Shown one piece after another: positions 38,674-50,965 of a DNA stretch of 64,000 nt (the stretch's first letter is position 1; every line of letters begins with the position of its first letter). The notes beneath the pieces were generated by a model. The model saw only the letters and a list, made by a program, of their open reading frames with translations, was not told the origin of the DNA and did not search any database. The DNA is from Camelus dromedarius (taxonomy: Eukaryota). The DNA is taken from NCBI RefSeq assembly GCF_036321535.1, contig NC_087437.1, positions 52,392,001-52,456,000 on the forward strand, written 5' to 3'. Both the position numbers and the translations under genes were made by a program.

Positions 38674-38857
38674 ATACTTGGGAAGTGCCATTTGAGGAGA
38701 TCTCAGAGCTGCAGTGGCTGGGTAGTGGAGCCCAGGGAGCTGTCTTCTTGGGCAAGTTCCGAGCGGAGGAGGTGGCCATCAAGAAAGTGAGAGAACAAAA
38801 CGAGACGGATATCAAGCATTTGAGGAAGTTGAAGCACCCTAACATCATCGCTTTCAA
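38674..38857 (+). CDS. MAP3K13: MAP3K13 exon 3, kinase N-lobe (Gly loop, VAIK), 184 nt
   Basis: cctag|[46 protein letters not shown]...HPNIIAFK. Donor AA|gtaggt. Frame continuous with the previous exon. Confidence 0.98.
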
Positions 38858-41800
38858 GTAGGTCAAGGCCTTTTTTTTTTAAGAAATAGATTTTCTTTCC
38901 CCTGATATATACATGTAAGTTCCTGCTTTGAAAGACATGTTAAGAACACTCTGTAGACTTAGCACTGTGTTAGGTGCTTTGCAAAGAATGATCCAATTAG
39001 AGTCATGTGTTTAAGGATTTTATAATCTTGTAGTTCTTCTTGCCAGAACACACACTGCTTGGAAGGGATATACGTGGGACAGAGAGGGAGAAGGAATCTA
39101 TTCCCGCCAAGCAGTCACATCTGCTGAATCAATGTCATTTATCAATAGGATGACAGAGGCCCCTTCAAGATAACCTGAACATCCTAAAATTCAATTAAGA
39201 AAACAAAGCTAACATCTGAAGTGATCACAGAACAGTTAGTTCTTTGTAAATAGAGATGTATTTTCTTATTAGTTTCTGTTGGTGTCTCTTCTTAAATATT
39301 AACTTGTAGTAACAGGTATCTTCAGAGAATTTCTCCCTGCTTCAGGTGTTGCTAGGTCCCTTTTCAAAGAATGCCAAAGCCTCAACTTTCTGAATCTAAT
39401 AATAGTAAAGTAATGATAGTAAACTAAATGCTATATTTGTTTCACAAAGTGGTTGTTTTCAAGAGTGTGTGAATGTATCTTTCTATTTTAGACCATTATT
39501 TTCATAACACTGAAAATGGAGAGATTCAAAGGTAAATTTGTGAAAGTCACCAAACTCGGCAATGCTGAGCTCTGAATATAGTATAATCTCTTCTGCCTGT
39601 ACCTTCCCCTTGAGTTTCTTCTCTTACCAGCCTTGAAATTTTGCCCTAGCCTTGAACAAATGAATGGTGAGTGGCTTAAAAGGAGGTCCTTTTCCTGTTC
39701 CTCACTTTCCTTTTGGTGAGGGACAGGAAAGGTAGCCTTTAGGAAGGATGAAAGATTAGAAATTAGAGCTTCTTAGTGTATTTTTATATATATTTCAGTT
39801 CCAGAAAATAGTATGACCAATGATGCTACAGCTAAAAGTGGAATAACATACAAATTCCCCTTCCCTAACCTAGGAGGAGTTCCTTCCTGCCCCCAAGAGA
39901 GATCCTTTTCTTAATAAAATTCTCATTAGAGAGCTAAACATGTCATGCAATAATTTTTAATTGGAAGCATATCCCCAAAGTAAGGAATAGAAATCTTGGG
40001 TACAGGTTTTTGTAGAATAAGTTTAAGTGTGTATTGCAGTTGAGTTTTGATTCCCAAATAAGATTCCTTATGGAAAGGGAAAGAAAGTGTGAAAAGAAGA
40101 AAAGTGTTCAACTGAGATACTAAATGACATCCTTGGACTCCTTTCCATGTGGCAGGAACGTCCGTGTAGAGGACATGGGAGAGAACTTCAGCGACTGTAG
40201 TGATTCTATTATTGGTTGCCCCAGGAGGGCCAGGAGGATGTGAGACTAAAACAAAATGCTATAGAGAACAATTGTAATCTTCCCCAGATGGTAAGTTTCA
40301 AAAGACGATAGGAGGATTGTTTTTAAGCAGACTGTCAGAGACTCACTTCTTACCTTCATTTTACTTTACTGAGATGATCATCATTACAGTATGGTCCACC
40401 ATCCTAAATGGAAGGAAGAGCCTTTTATTTAACTAGACTTTAAGCTTGGGTCATTGGTATGCTGGGTTTGAGACACTGAATATTTAGATTAGCATGGCCT
40501 TTTGGCCTCTGGCAGTGAGCTAGGCTGTGCGTCTCAGGTAAGAGGACTTTTCTAGCAGGGTGTCCTAGGCACCTGAAGGTAGACATGTGTCCTAAGAGGA
40601 TAGAAGTGACAAGCTTGATTTTTCCTTTCTTTTGCTCCTTCCTTTTTCCTTCAAATCTTTTCCCTACTGACCCTCCTACCTGCGCATACAGTTTTCAGCA
40701 TTGTGGACAAGAATTGCTCTGCTAGTGTCCAACTCTTTAGGCTGAAGATGTTTGAATAGTCTTTACCTCTACATGGAAAACAATAGTGAGACTGTGTCCC
40801 TGGCCCGTTACACCATGCTCTTGAGGCATTGTGCAGTGTTATGTTTGCAGCCATCTGTGCCATGTGTTGCTTGGCCAATGAATCATTCAGGACCGTCTGG
40901 AAGATATGAAAGCATGATTAGATTTCGGTACGTCTCTCTGGATACCGATTTCTGTGCTTTCAGCTTCTCTTGAAGTTACTAAGAACCATGTACAGAAGGG
41001 AAGTGCAAGAAAATACTAGATTCTTTTTTTCTTTCAATTTTTTAAGCAATCTTTTAAGAATACCCAACCTGCCTGTCCCTAATGGAATTGAGTGCCAAAG
41101 GGAAGAAAAGGTAGCAATTAGAAGTGATTATAGAGCTGTTATTTATAGCTACTAAGGAGCCTTGTCATAGTACAGGGCTGATGGAATGATCGCTTCTCAT
41201 TTGTCAGTCAAGAAAGATGAAAAGTGAGTAACATATCGCTGTTAGACTCTTTCTGTCAGTGTGTGACAAGTTAAAACATGGTTGAATAGGATACTGACTA
41301 CTTTCAAACCAATATTTGTTTTGATATTCTTAAGCACATTACATTATTTCTGCCTTTATTCATTATTTCTCTGTAATGAAAATTCCATTGTCTGTTTGTA
41401 GTTCCTGTACAATTGTGCTCCACTGAAGTTTCCACAAAGTGAAGTAAAAGAAAGTTAAAAAAAATTTTTTTTAAATCAAGATAAGAATTCCAAGTTTCTT
41501 AGAAAATGGCAGGAGAGCAATAGAAATAGCTTTGTGGCATTTGACAGGCATATCAAGGCAGGAAAAATGAAAACTAATGATACTTCTTTGTAACCTGTTG
41601 CTATTATAAGCCTTTCACATGATCACAAGCCATGGCCTCTAAATTCTTTCACAACTTTCGTAGCCTAAGAGATAAGACATGAATTGGTAGCTGGCTGAGG
41701 ACTTTAGCTGGGAGCCTTGTAGGCAGAATACTCTCCTAACTTCTCCAGAAAGTTTTAGAGGAAGGTATGCATATCATTGAGAGATAAAGACACAGAGAGT

Positions 41801-41949
41801 TCCTCATGGTAATTTTTCTTCTCTTTTCTCATTCTTAGAACAAAACTGTGAAGTAGGGTTAATATGATGTTCCCACTTTTATAAGACAACAGTAGTAATT
41901 CAGGAATCCCCAATATGCTTGTCTATATAAACTTTAAAAACCTAGAAGG

Positions 41950-42190
41950 GAGGCAGTGTAGCATAGTGAGTGGAAAGAGTGTGGGCTTTGAACTTAGACT
42001 GGATTCAAATCCCAGCTCTGTCATGTATTAGTTAAAGGTCTCAGATAAGTCATTTTCCCTCTCTGAGCTTTACCTGTAGCAATGGACCAGGTAATATCTA
42101 TCATACAGTGGTTTGGGGGAGATTAAATAAGACAGTTAACTAACATGTAAACATGCCTGACAAATAGAAAATGTTCTTTAACGTTACTAC
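41950..42190. mobile_element. MIR SINE
   Basis: gaggcagtgtagcatagtg...ggattcaaatcccagctctgtca. Confidence 0.7.
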
Positions 42191-43092
42191 CTTTCCTCTT
42201 ACCCCTTGCCTCTGCACATGTTTGTGCAAAGGCTTTATCAGCAAAGAACATTAAGGTGAAGTTAAGAAAAATTTGTCAAGGACTTGCTGTGGACTTCTAA
42301 GCCATGTGGTAGAAACAAAAGAGCTTGAAGATCTTTTCCTTCAGTGAGCCAATAATCTGTACAGGGAGAGAAAAATTGCATAGCAAAAAAGAAAATGTAG
42401 GAAATTAGAGAAGAGAAAGATGTTTTTAGACTTGAATAATCAGGAAAGGCTTCATGGAAGATGTAGGAATTGATGGAAATAGAAGCTGCATAGGTATTTA
42501 ATATGTTGCATAACATTATTTTTATTCCTAAACAGAAATGTTTCTCAAAGCCTGTATAATAGAGAAAATTGACTCTTTTTTGGTCCTCATTCTAGTTAGT
42601 TACCTTAAATTTGAGTAATTTAAAATTCAACAAATAGTAGTAAAAATAGCAATATTTTATTTGAATTCTCTCTTCTGTACACTGTATATAAAACTTCCTA
42701 TTTAATTTTTAAAGGAAAGTATTTAAATTATTCTTAACAACTGAAAAAAATGCAATACCCAGCCTACACAAGCCTCCAGAAAAGATGCTCTTTGTCCTAA
42801 AATAGAACAGCCCCACAGAAAAGGCATCAGTAAAACATAGCAAGCATATAGATAGATAGATGGAGTGAACAAAACAAACTAAAGTTGTCTATACACGTAA
42901 CAGAGAAACATGTATACTAGAGAGACTTTAATGGTAATTTAAGAGTCAGGAAAGATTATATGCCTTTTAAAAATAATTTGGATAGAGAACTCTTAATTAT
43001 TGTTTATTAAATATTCTTAGAATATAAATATGTATTCATGTATGTTTACATGTATGTGTGTATTCATATACATGTTTGTGTTTTCCTGAAAG

Positions 43093-43284
43093 GGGTGTTT
43101 GTACTCAGGCCCCATGTTACTGTATCATCATGGAATACTGTGCCCATGGACAACTCTATGAGGTTTTGCGAGCTGGCAGGAAGATCACACCTCGATTGCT
43201 AGTAGACTGGTCCACCGGGATTGCAAGTGGAATGAATTATTTGCATCTCCATAAAATTATTCATCGTGATCTCAAATCACCTAA
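43093..43284 (+). CDS. MAP3K13: MAP3K13 exon 4, kinase hinge and catalytic loop (HRDLKSPN), 192 nt
   Basis: ctgaaag|[23 protein letters not shown]...IIHRDLKSP. Donor AA|gtgagt. Confidence 0.98.
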
Positions 43285-45876
43285 GTGAGTTCTGGGGCTA
43301 ATTTTTCAAACATTTTGTTGTATTGTTTTGAAATATGGCATTTTATTGTACTTCAGTTCAGTTTAAATTAGCACAGTGGGTGTTTCTGTTTGCATGTTTG
43401 GGGGGTTGTTGTTAACCTACTTACTTACCTGTATGGCAGATATCCAGGCACCTGACACTAGTTTTCCCTTTTTGTTGCTTTTTAATTGTACAGCTATGAA
43501 ACAAAATTTATTATTAACTAAAGTATTCACTTTTCATCATCTCAGATAATTGATGTCAGAATTTCCCAGTGTAAGGCATCATTTTTTGTTTTTCTATTGT
43601 GTTCCCCTTCAAGAAACAGTTCCTTAAAAACTGAATTTCAGAAATATATAAACTACAACAGGATAAAAATGGATGAATAAGAAACAGAGGCAAAGAGAAA
43701 ATAAGAAAAACATTAGAACTAAAGCTTGTCCACATAATGTAGGCTGTAATATTCTGTACAGTTGCTAGAGGTGGACTATGCATTTGGCTTTGAGCTTCCT
43801 AGAGTCTAAGCAAAGAAAGAAACAAGTAGTTACAATGTTCACAGTGTCCATGAAATAATGTAAATTGGTTATTTAAGAGAAGCAGAGCTGTTTCTAGTCA
43901 TCTCTGTTTTCATGATTCTTTGCCTACCAATAACTACTTTAAGAGGAATGTTTATTCAGTTCCCCAAGTTGCATGAAGGAAAGAAAGGAACTGATTAAAT
44001 GGTATAATTCAGTGTAACTCCTATTTTTAAAATTATTTTCATCATTTCTTAACCACATTTTGGTTTAGAGAAGCAGAGAATAATTTTTTTCTAAAAATAT
44101 ATTTGCATAGTGCTTTCATAGTTTACAACATTTAAAAATATCCATTATCACATCTCCTTTGATCTTGGCAAAAAATGTATAAGATAGATGTAACAAGTGT
44201 TACTCTTATTTCCCATAAGAAATCTAGAGCTCAGAGCCCAAAGTCATGGAGCTAGGACTTGAACTCAGAACTTTTAAACCAGAGACCACTGCATCCTCTC
44301 TCTTCACTTGAAGATGAGGGGTTCACAGTGAATCCTGCCTCTTCTCCATGGAAGATACAAATCTGTCCTTGATTATGAACTTCAAAGCAGCTCTTATTTA
44401 TCACCATAATTCTCAACAACGTTTATTACAGTTATTAGCTCACTGAACAACCTTCTCCTCACTTTACTTGCAAATAAACTATATTATAGTGTTCATTCCT
44501 CCTGTTCACATTTTTAACACAATATGTTGTTTTTTATCATCCACTACATACACATTAAGTACACAAAATACTTGCCAAAGAACTCTTTGACTGGCCTTCT
44601 TAACTACCTTGTTCTCCTTGAGAATTAATTTTAGAGGAAGTAGTCAAGGAATTTTAGAACATATAAAATCACTGCTACTCTCTTTAACTCTTGTCATTAA
44701 AGATTAGAGTAATAAGTTGGTTATCCAGTAAGTCTTTCCCTCTGTTATCAGCACCACCTCGAACCGCCAGCAGCTTTGGCCTCTTTGGTTTCCAAGCTGA
44801 CAAGGGGAAGACAAAGACCAATCTGCTGTAAAGAGATTTCATTACCTATGCTAAGTCTTTAGGCTGTGTGACCCCAACTTTATCTCAGAAGACTTCACCG
44901 AAGTTCCAGCATCATGTCTTCTCTAGTCTCCTCCCACATCCGTTCCCTCTTGTCATGCCAACAAGTCCCATGAGCAACACAAAAGAGGCAGAAGAGGAAG
45001 CTTCTAGTGTTTTTCCATCCAGCAGCTTATCACTTTTTCTGATTTTTTTATTGTATATGATACCATCAATCCTCTAATTATCTCAGATCTCCCCTGATAG
45101 TTTAATCCTTTTGCATTTTCATGAAGACTAACACTATTAAATTGAAATTCCTAAATTACACAAATTTTGTATATCAGGTGCAAAACCAGGAGTAAGATAT
45201 GGATGAAGGTATTCTACCGCAGTTGTGAGCACTGAGCTATTTGCAGGAGAGCCATCTGACACTGGTGGGGAGGGGAGCAAGTGTCAAGTTCCTGGTTCAA
45301 ATAGAGAGGAGATGGATTGAGAAGTTTTCTGTTTTCTAGCTGCCTTGATTCTGATAGTGTTTGAGTACTAAGCCTTCTTACTGTTAAAAATAGGTCTCTA
45401 TATCATTAAGCTTCTGAAACCCTAACTGATTATCATTCAAAAGTTCTAAACAGGTTATTTCAAGTGAATCCAGTCTAGTGTGTGAGGATGCTGATACTTT
45501 GGATTTGACTGCTACCAGACTGTACTCACTTTAGGGCTAGCAAAAGCAGTCTGAGATCACATCTCAGATCACTGCTGTAACAAGTAAAACATGGCTTGTG
45601 TGGAATCTACTTAAGCTTAATTTTACTTCTGCTTTTCCTTATCAACATTAATGGAATCACAGCACACTTATTAGCCTTTTATAGTAATGAATCCCTTGTG
45701 TCGTGGTCCCACGCGTGATTTTAATTGGCCATCATTTAAACAGTGTTTTAAAAGAAGTGTTTTTCCTGTTGGGTTGTCTGAGACCGGCAGGGGTGAAAAC
45801 CAGTATTTATTGAGATGGGTGCTTTACATATCTTACCTCATTTAATTCAAGTGAAAATTCTGTGAGACTGTTGTTA

Positions 45877-46126
45877 CAGACCCATAATCCCTTATCCAAA
45901 ACCCTTGAAATCAGATGGTTTCAGAAATGTAACATCAGGCATTACCTTATACCCAGCAAAGTCTGGGGCAACACCCTGTAATCAGCCACATACATAAATC
46001 TGTAGCAAAACCTTTACAGTTGCATAAAGTGGGATAAATAAATTGAGTTTACCTTAAATATACGAAAAAAAATTTACAAACCATTTTCAGAGATTTTTGA
46101 ATTGTGGATAAGATACTGTGAGCTGA
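45877..46126. mobile_element. MER46C-like Tigger element nested in a MIR
   Basis: ta|cagacccataatcccttatcc ... ggataagatactgtgagctg inverted ends. MIR halves on both sides. Confidence 0.7.
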
Positions 46127-46388
46127 ATTATCTCCATCTTACAGATGAGAAAACTGGCTTAGAAGAATTAAGTAACCTGGCAAAGGTCACACAGTTAGCA
46201 AGTGGTGGAGGCAGGATCAAACCAGGTGTAGGCAGTCCACTGTGTTATGCTGCTTCACAAGTATGAATGATGCTGTTTCTGGTGTGTAGCTAAGGCCCCA
46301 GTAGTCCTGGAGCTTGCAAGCTGAATTCTGCAAGGTAGGAGGCAGCAAACAAAATCTTCAGTTGCCAGTTAGTTAAGATTTTCATTAG

Positions 46389-46395
46389 TACTAAC
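46389..46395 (+). promoter_or_regulatory. Perfect TACTAAC branch point upstream of exon 5
   Basis: TACTAAC about 33 nt upstream of the acceptor, followed by a pyrimidine tract. Confidence 0.8.
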
Positions 46396-46427
46396 GAACT
46401 GGGTGTTTTCTTTATTTCTCTTTAAAG

Positions 46428-46586
46428 TGTTTTAGTGACTCACACAGATGCAGTAAAAATTTCAGATTTTGGAACATCTAAGGAACTCAGTGATAAAAGT
46501 ACCAAGATGTCCTTTGCTGGTACAGTCGCATGGATGGCGCCAGAGGTGATACGGAATGAACCTGTCTCTGAAAAAGTTGATATATG
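46428..46586 (+). CDS. MAP3K13: MAP3K13 exon 5, DFG / activation loop / APE, 159 nt
   Basis: tttaaag|[60 protein letters not shown]. Donor TG|gtgagc. Not in the ORF track; translated by eye. Confidence 0.98.
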
Positions 46587-47299
46587 GTGAGCAGCACCAT
46601 CTGTGCCAACTAGAAAGCTTCCTGCTTTCACCCTATTAGTGTTTTCCTCTTTCATTTTCTACTTTCCCAAAATACCCTTGAGTGTTACTCACTTCTGGTT
46701 GATTTCAGTCTCGTATGATCCGAGGTACTACCCAGCGTGATGATACGTGGTAAGAAGGATTGGGAGAGGATGAATTAGGGTGAATATCCATTCAGTAAAT
46801 CATCAGTTCTGGGGACCCTCAGAGAATATGCTGAACTTTCTAGAAAAAGTTTACTTTAAATAGCCGTTTACTGGAAAAGTCTTCCTGAAACATATTTTGT
46901 AATTCTCACCTTCTTAAATAAAATATATTAGTGTACCTCTTGGTGACTCAGACTGTCATTAGGTATATCAATGATATACTTGGCTGTGATACAGTTATAT
47001 ACTTTAGACCTATTTGAGGTGTACAAGGCTGTTTGCCCTTTTATTAAACAGCTATCATGGGCTATGCTTTTTTTTTTAGTGGGGGAGGGAGCTTTTTAAA
47101 AACTTTATCAACTTTTCCTCTGAGGTTATGTATCTCCTGCTATTAACAGTGTATTTCTGTATAGTTGCTTTTCTTCCATTTTTAAAATTGGCTAGTAGTA
47201 ACTTTAGACTTAAAACCAAAATAACAGCATATATTAAAATTGCATGTAACACCAGAGTAAATAAGATCAAGTAGAAATGTGGGATCACTTGTAATTTGG

Positions 47300-48260
47300 G
47301 TAATTATTGCCAAAGTGTTCTCATTAGAGATTATACCGATGTATGTTCCCAACAGAAATGTGTAAGAGTGTTTTTTCAGTCTCACCAACAGACTGCGTTA
47401 AACTTCGGGATTTTTGGCAACCATACAGGTTAGGGAGAGAGATAATCAGGCTTACTTATTTATTTTCAGAGGAGGTACTGGGGGTTGAACCCAGGACCCT
47501 GTGTATGCTAAGCATGCACTCTACCACTTGAGCGCATGTTCCCCTCCATACAGGTTAAAAAGTGGTGTCTTAGGTGCAGTTTTAATGTTTATTCCTCTTC
47601 TGATAAATAGGGTTGTACATTTTTTCATGTTTATGAATCGTTTGTAATTTCTTATTTGTGAACTATTCTTATCCTTTACTAAGCTTTCTAATCTTTTATT
47701 CTTATCAACCTATAATAGTAGTTAATGTCAAGGCAATTAGCCTTTTGTGTATATGAATTACAGATGGTTTTCACATTTTGTTGTTTTGCTTATGGTGGAG
47801 TTATTTTTTTTTCTGTGTTAAGTTTTTTTTTAAGCAGTTTATCAGTCTCTCCTTTTATGGCTTCTGGATTTCTTAACTAGAAAATCCTTTACCACTCTAA
47901 GATTATTTTTTTAATTCTCAGTGTTCTTTGAGGATTTTTATTATTTCATTTTTCTTTGATGCATTTGGAATTTATCTTGCTGTAAGATGAAGTATAGATT
48001 TAATTTTTTCCCCAGTTGTCCCAACAGCAGTTATTTGAATAATCAGTTTTTCCCACTAGTTTGAGATGTCACTTCTGTCATATACTCAATTCCTATATAT
48101 ATTTGGTCTGTTTCTGGATTTCTGTTCCATTCTGTTAGTCTGGCTGTCTATTTATCACCAGTGTTAGTTATTGAAACCTTATTGTATATCTTAATATCTG
48201 ATAATGTTGGTTACCCCTCATTAATTTTTCTTGCAGAGTTTTCCTGGCCGGTTCTGTTTT
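47300..48260 (-). mobile_element. Old degenerate L1M-type LINE
   Basis: T-rich strand with cccaacagcagttatttgaataatc and other L1 ORF2 antisense remnants. Confidence 0.65.
47433..47545 (-). mobile_element. tRNA-Ala-derived SINE (Vic-1-like) nested in old L1
   Basis: ggggttgaacccaggacc...gctaagcatgcactctaccact. Perfect TSD ccatacaggtta at 47421-47432 and 47546-47557. Confidence 0.9.
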
Positions 48261-48380
48261 CCTTATAGCAGTATTAGAATTTTAAAACTGAGTCTATATT
48301 TGATTAAAATTAATGAAGAACTAAAATACAAGTCAGTCTTTCTGAAATGTCTCATGTATATGTTCCTGGTGCTACCGTAG

Positions 48381-48539
48381 GTCTTTTGGAGTGGTGCTTT
48401 GGGAGCTGCTGACAGGAGAGATCCCATACAAAGATGTAGACTCTTCAGCCATTATTTGGGGTGTTGGAAGCAATAGCCTACACCTTCCAGTTCCTTCCAC
48501 TTGCCCTGATGGATTCAAAATCCTTATGAAGCAGACATG
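48381..48539 (+). CDS. MAP3K13: MAP3K13 exon 6, kinase C-lobe, 159 nt
   Basis: ccgtag|[60 protein letters not shown]. Donor TG|gtgaga. Confidence 0.98.
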
Positions 48540-49147
48540 GTGAGAAATATGTTTCAATGTTCTCTTTTACCTTTTTCCTCAGAACCATGTTTAAAACTTC
48601 TCTATCCATATTTAAAACTTCAGGGAAATCTCTAATGTATATTTGGAGTGAATAGCCTTACTTTGTGTAGAGTCTAGGAGCCTTGGAATTTGAGAACCTT
48701 GGATTCCAATACTAGCTCTGCTCTTTTCCATCTGTGTAATTTTGGGCATGTTGCTCAAGTATCAGTTTTCTCATCTGTAAAATGGGGATACCACCTACTA
48801 AAAGTTGCTGTCTTATAAGTAGTTAAAAATTATAAGGAAGGCATTTGGTATGATATCTGGAAGCAGTAAGCTAAATTATAAATTATAAATATTATAAATT
48901 ATAGCTATCATTACTTCACCAGTCCTAAGGGATCATTATTATCAAACAGGTCACTGATCCTAGAGATTTCCAGTTCATCATCAGAGGTACCTCATACTTA
49001 CAGTTTCCTTTTGCTCTTCAGTACATCAAAACTGCCTGAGATATAGCCACACATGGAGTCAAAAATGTGTTTTATAAAGTAGAATAAAATCTTTATCCTC
49101 CCAGACACAACTTCTAAAGTGCACGAGCTATTTTTTTTTACTCTTAG

Positions 49148-49256
49148 GCAGAGTAAACCTCGCAACCGACCTTCTTTTCGGCAGACACTCATGCATTTAG
49201 ACATCGCGTCTGCAGATGTACTTGCCACCCCACAGGAAACTTACTTCAAGTCGCAG
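49148..49256 (+). CDS. MAP3K13: MAP3K13 exon 7, end of kinase domain, 109 nt
   Basis: ctcttag|[43 protein letters not shown]. Donor CAG|gtaagt. Confidence 0.97.
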
Positions 49257-49669
49257 GTAAGTCTGGAAACTCTTCCAGGTGCTACTGAACAGACAGACAG
49301 GAAACTCTCAGTGAGAAGGAATAACTCCTGGAAGAGGGTATTCTGATTCTTATAACAATTATGTAACTATTCATTGTGAAGCAATAATGACACCTCACAC
49401 ATACAACATTTTGGAGGTTTTTAAGCACTTGGAATATATTATTCTCTTACATGAAAATAACATGTATCAAAATGTCATCTTCATAGTGGGTTCTGGTGAA
49501 ATTGTTGAAGAGAAGAGGAAAAGAGGATATGAAAACTGTAGTGGAAAAGCAGGATGGAGGTTCCTTAGAAAACTAAGTAGAGTTATCACATGATCCAGCC
49601 ATCCTACTTCTGGGCACGTATCCAGAGAAAACTCTCATTTGAAAAGATACATGTACCCCAGTGTTCATA

Positions 49670-49821
49670 GCAGCACTATTTGCAATAGCCAAGACTTGGA
49701 AGCAATCTAAATGGCCATCAACAGATGACTGGATAAAGAAGTTGTGCAGCACTATTTGCAATAGCCAAGACTTGGAAGCAATCTAAATGGCCATCAACAG
49801 ATGACTGGATAAAGAAGTTGT
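49670..49821. repeat. Perfect 76-bp tandem duplication
   Basis: 49670-49745 is identical to 49746-49821. Confidence 0.97.
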
Positions 49822-49841
49822 GATATACATATATACATACT

Positions 49842-49843
<2 letters not shown>

Positions 49844-49899
<56 letters not shown>
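49844..49899. repeat. (AC)28 microsatellite
   Basis: Uninterrupted 56-bp AC run. Confidence 0.97.
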
Positions 49900-49901
<2 letters not shown>

Positions 49902-50467
49902 GTATACTAGTTAGCCATAAAAAACCATGAAATAATGCCATTTGTAGCAACATGGATGGACCTAGAGATTATCATACTAAGTGAAGTCAGACAGGCAGAG
50001 AAAGACAAATATCACATGATATCACTTTTATGTGGAATCTAAAAACTTATTTACAAAACAGAAACAGACTCGCAGACTTAGAAGGCAAACTTGTGGTTAC
50101 CAAAGGGGAAAGTGGGGGAGAGGGGAGGGATAAATCAGAAGTTTGGAATTGGCAGCTGCAAGCTACTATGTATAAAATAAACAACAAAGTCCTACTGTGT
50201 AGTGCAGGGAATTATATTCAATATCTTGTAAGAAACTATAGTGGAAAAGAATTTTTTAAAAAAAGAAAACTGTAATGTACATACATTTGAATTAGAATTA
50301 CTGCTGACCTTCAGGAAAATACTGCTTTCCTTAAAGTTAGAAAAGCTAAAGTACAAAGGAAGGAAGTTAAATACCAAAGAGAGCTCATGACAGAATTAGA
50401 CCCAGAGAGAACTTTTTCTCTCACTTTGAGTTGCCTAGTAGCACCAAATGAAATAGAATTTAATGTA

Positions 50468-50965
50468 CGTTAGCCTTTACTGTGTTACCATCCCAAAATT
50501 TATGGCTTAAAACAATAAGCTGTCGTTTAGCTCACAATTCTGTGGGTTGGTAGTTTGTTCTGGGTGATTCTTCAGCTGGCTTTGACTGGGCTCACTCACG
50601 TCTGCAGTCAGTTGCCAGGTTGACTCAGAGGCTAGCTGGTTCCAGATGGCCTTATTCACAAATCCAGCTATTGGCTGGCTCTTAGCTAGGGCACCTCGAT
50701 TCTCCTCCACGCGGCCTCTTACCCTTCAGCAGGCTAACTTGGGCTTGTCCATGTGGCCTTCTCAGGGTAGCATGCAGCAAGAGAGCAGGCCCCAGTGCAC
50801 AGGTGATTTTCTAGCCTGTGCGTGCATCATGCCTGCTAAGGTCTCATTGGCCAGTGCAACTCACAGGCTAGCCCAGATTGAGAAACAGACTTTACCTCTT
50901 GACAAGAGAATCTGCCACCACACATTATAAGGCAATTGGTGCGTTGGGGATAAATTTGTGACTAT
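50468..50965 (-). mobile_element. Older MLT1 (G/H/J-type) LTR
   Basis: ggcttaaaacaataa...gctcacaattctgtgggttgg...gggctcactcacgtctgcagtcag. Confidence 0.7.

Larger units (their letters stand above)
49541..50264 (+). mobile_element. Truncated LINE-1 (ORF2 end plus most of 3' UTR), sense to MAP3K13
   Basis: L1 ORF2-end and 3' UTR sequence. TSD gaaaactgta at 49531-49540 and 50265-50274. Confidence 0.92.

Noticed and set aside
44745..44775. REST/NRSE site (tcagcacc...)
   Set aside because: Only the left half-site is present; there is no GGACAG half.
46428..48539. Exons 5 and 6 are both 159 nt and both end in a split Trp codon (possible exon duplication)
   Set aside because: They encode different kinase subdomains with no sequence similarity.
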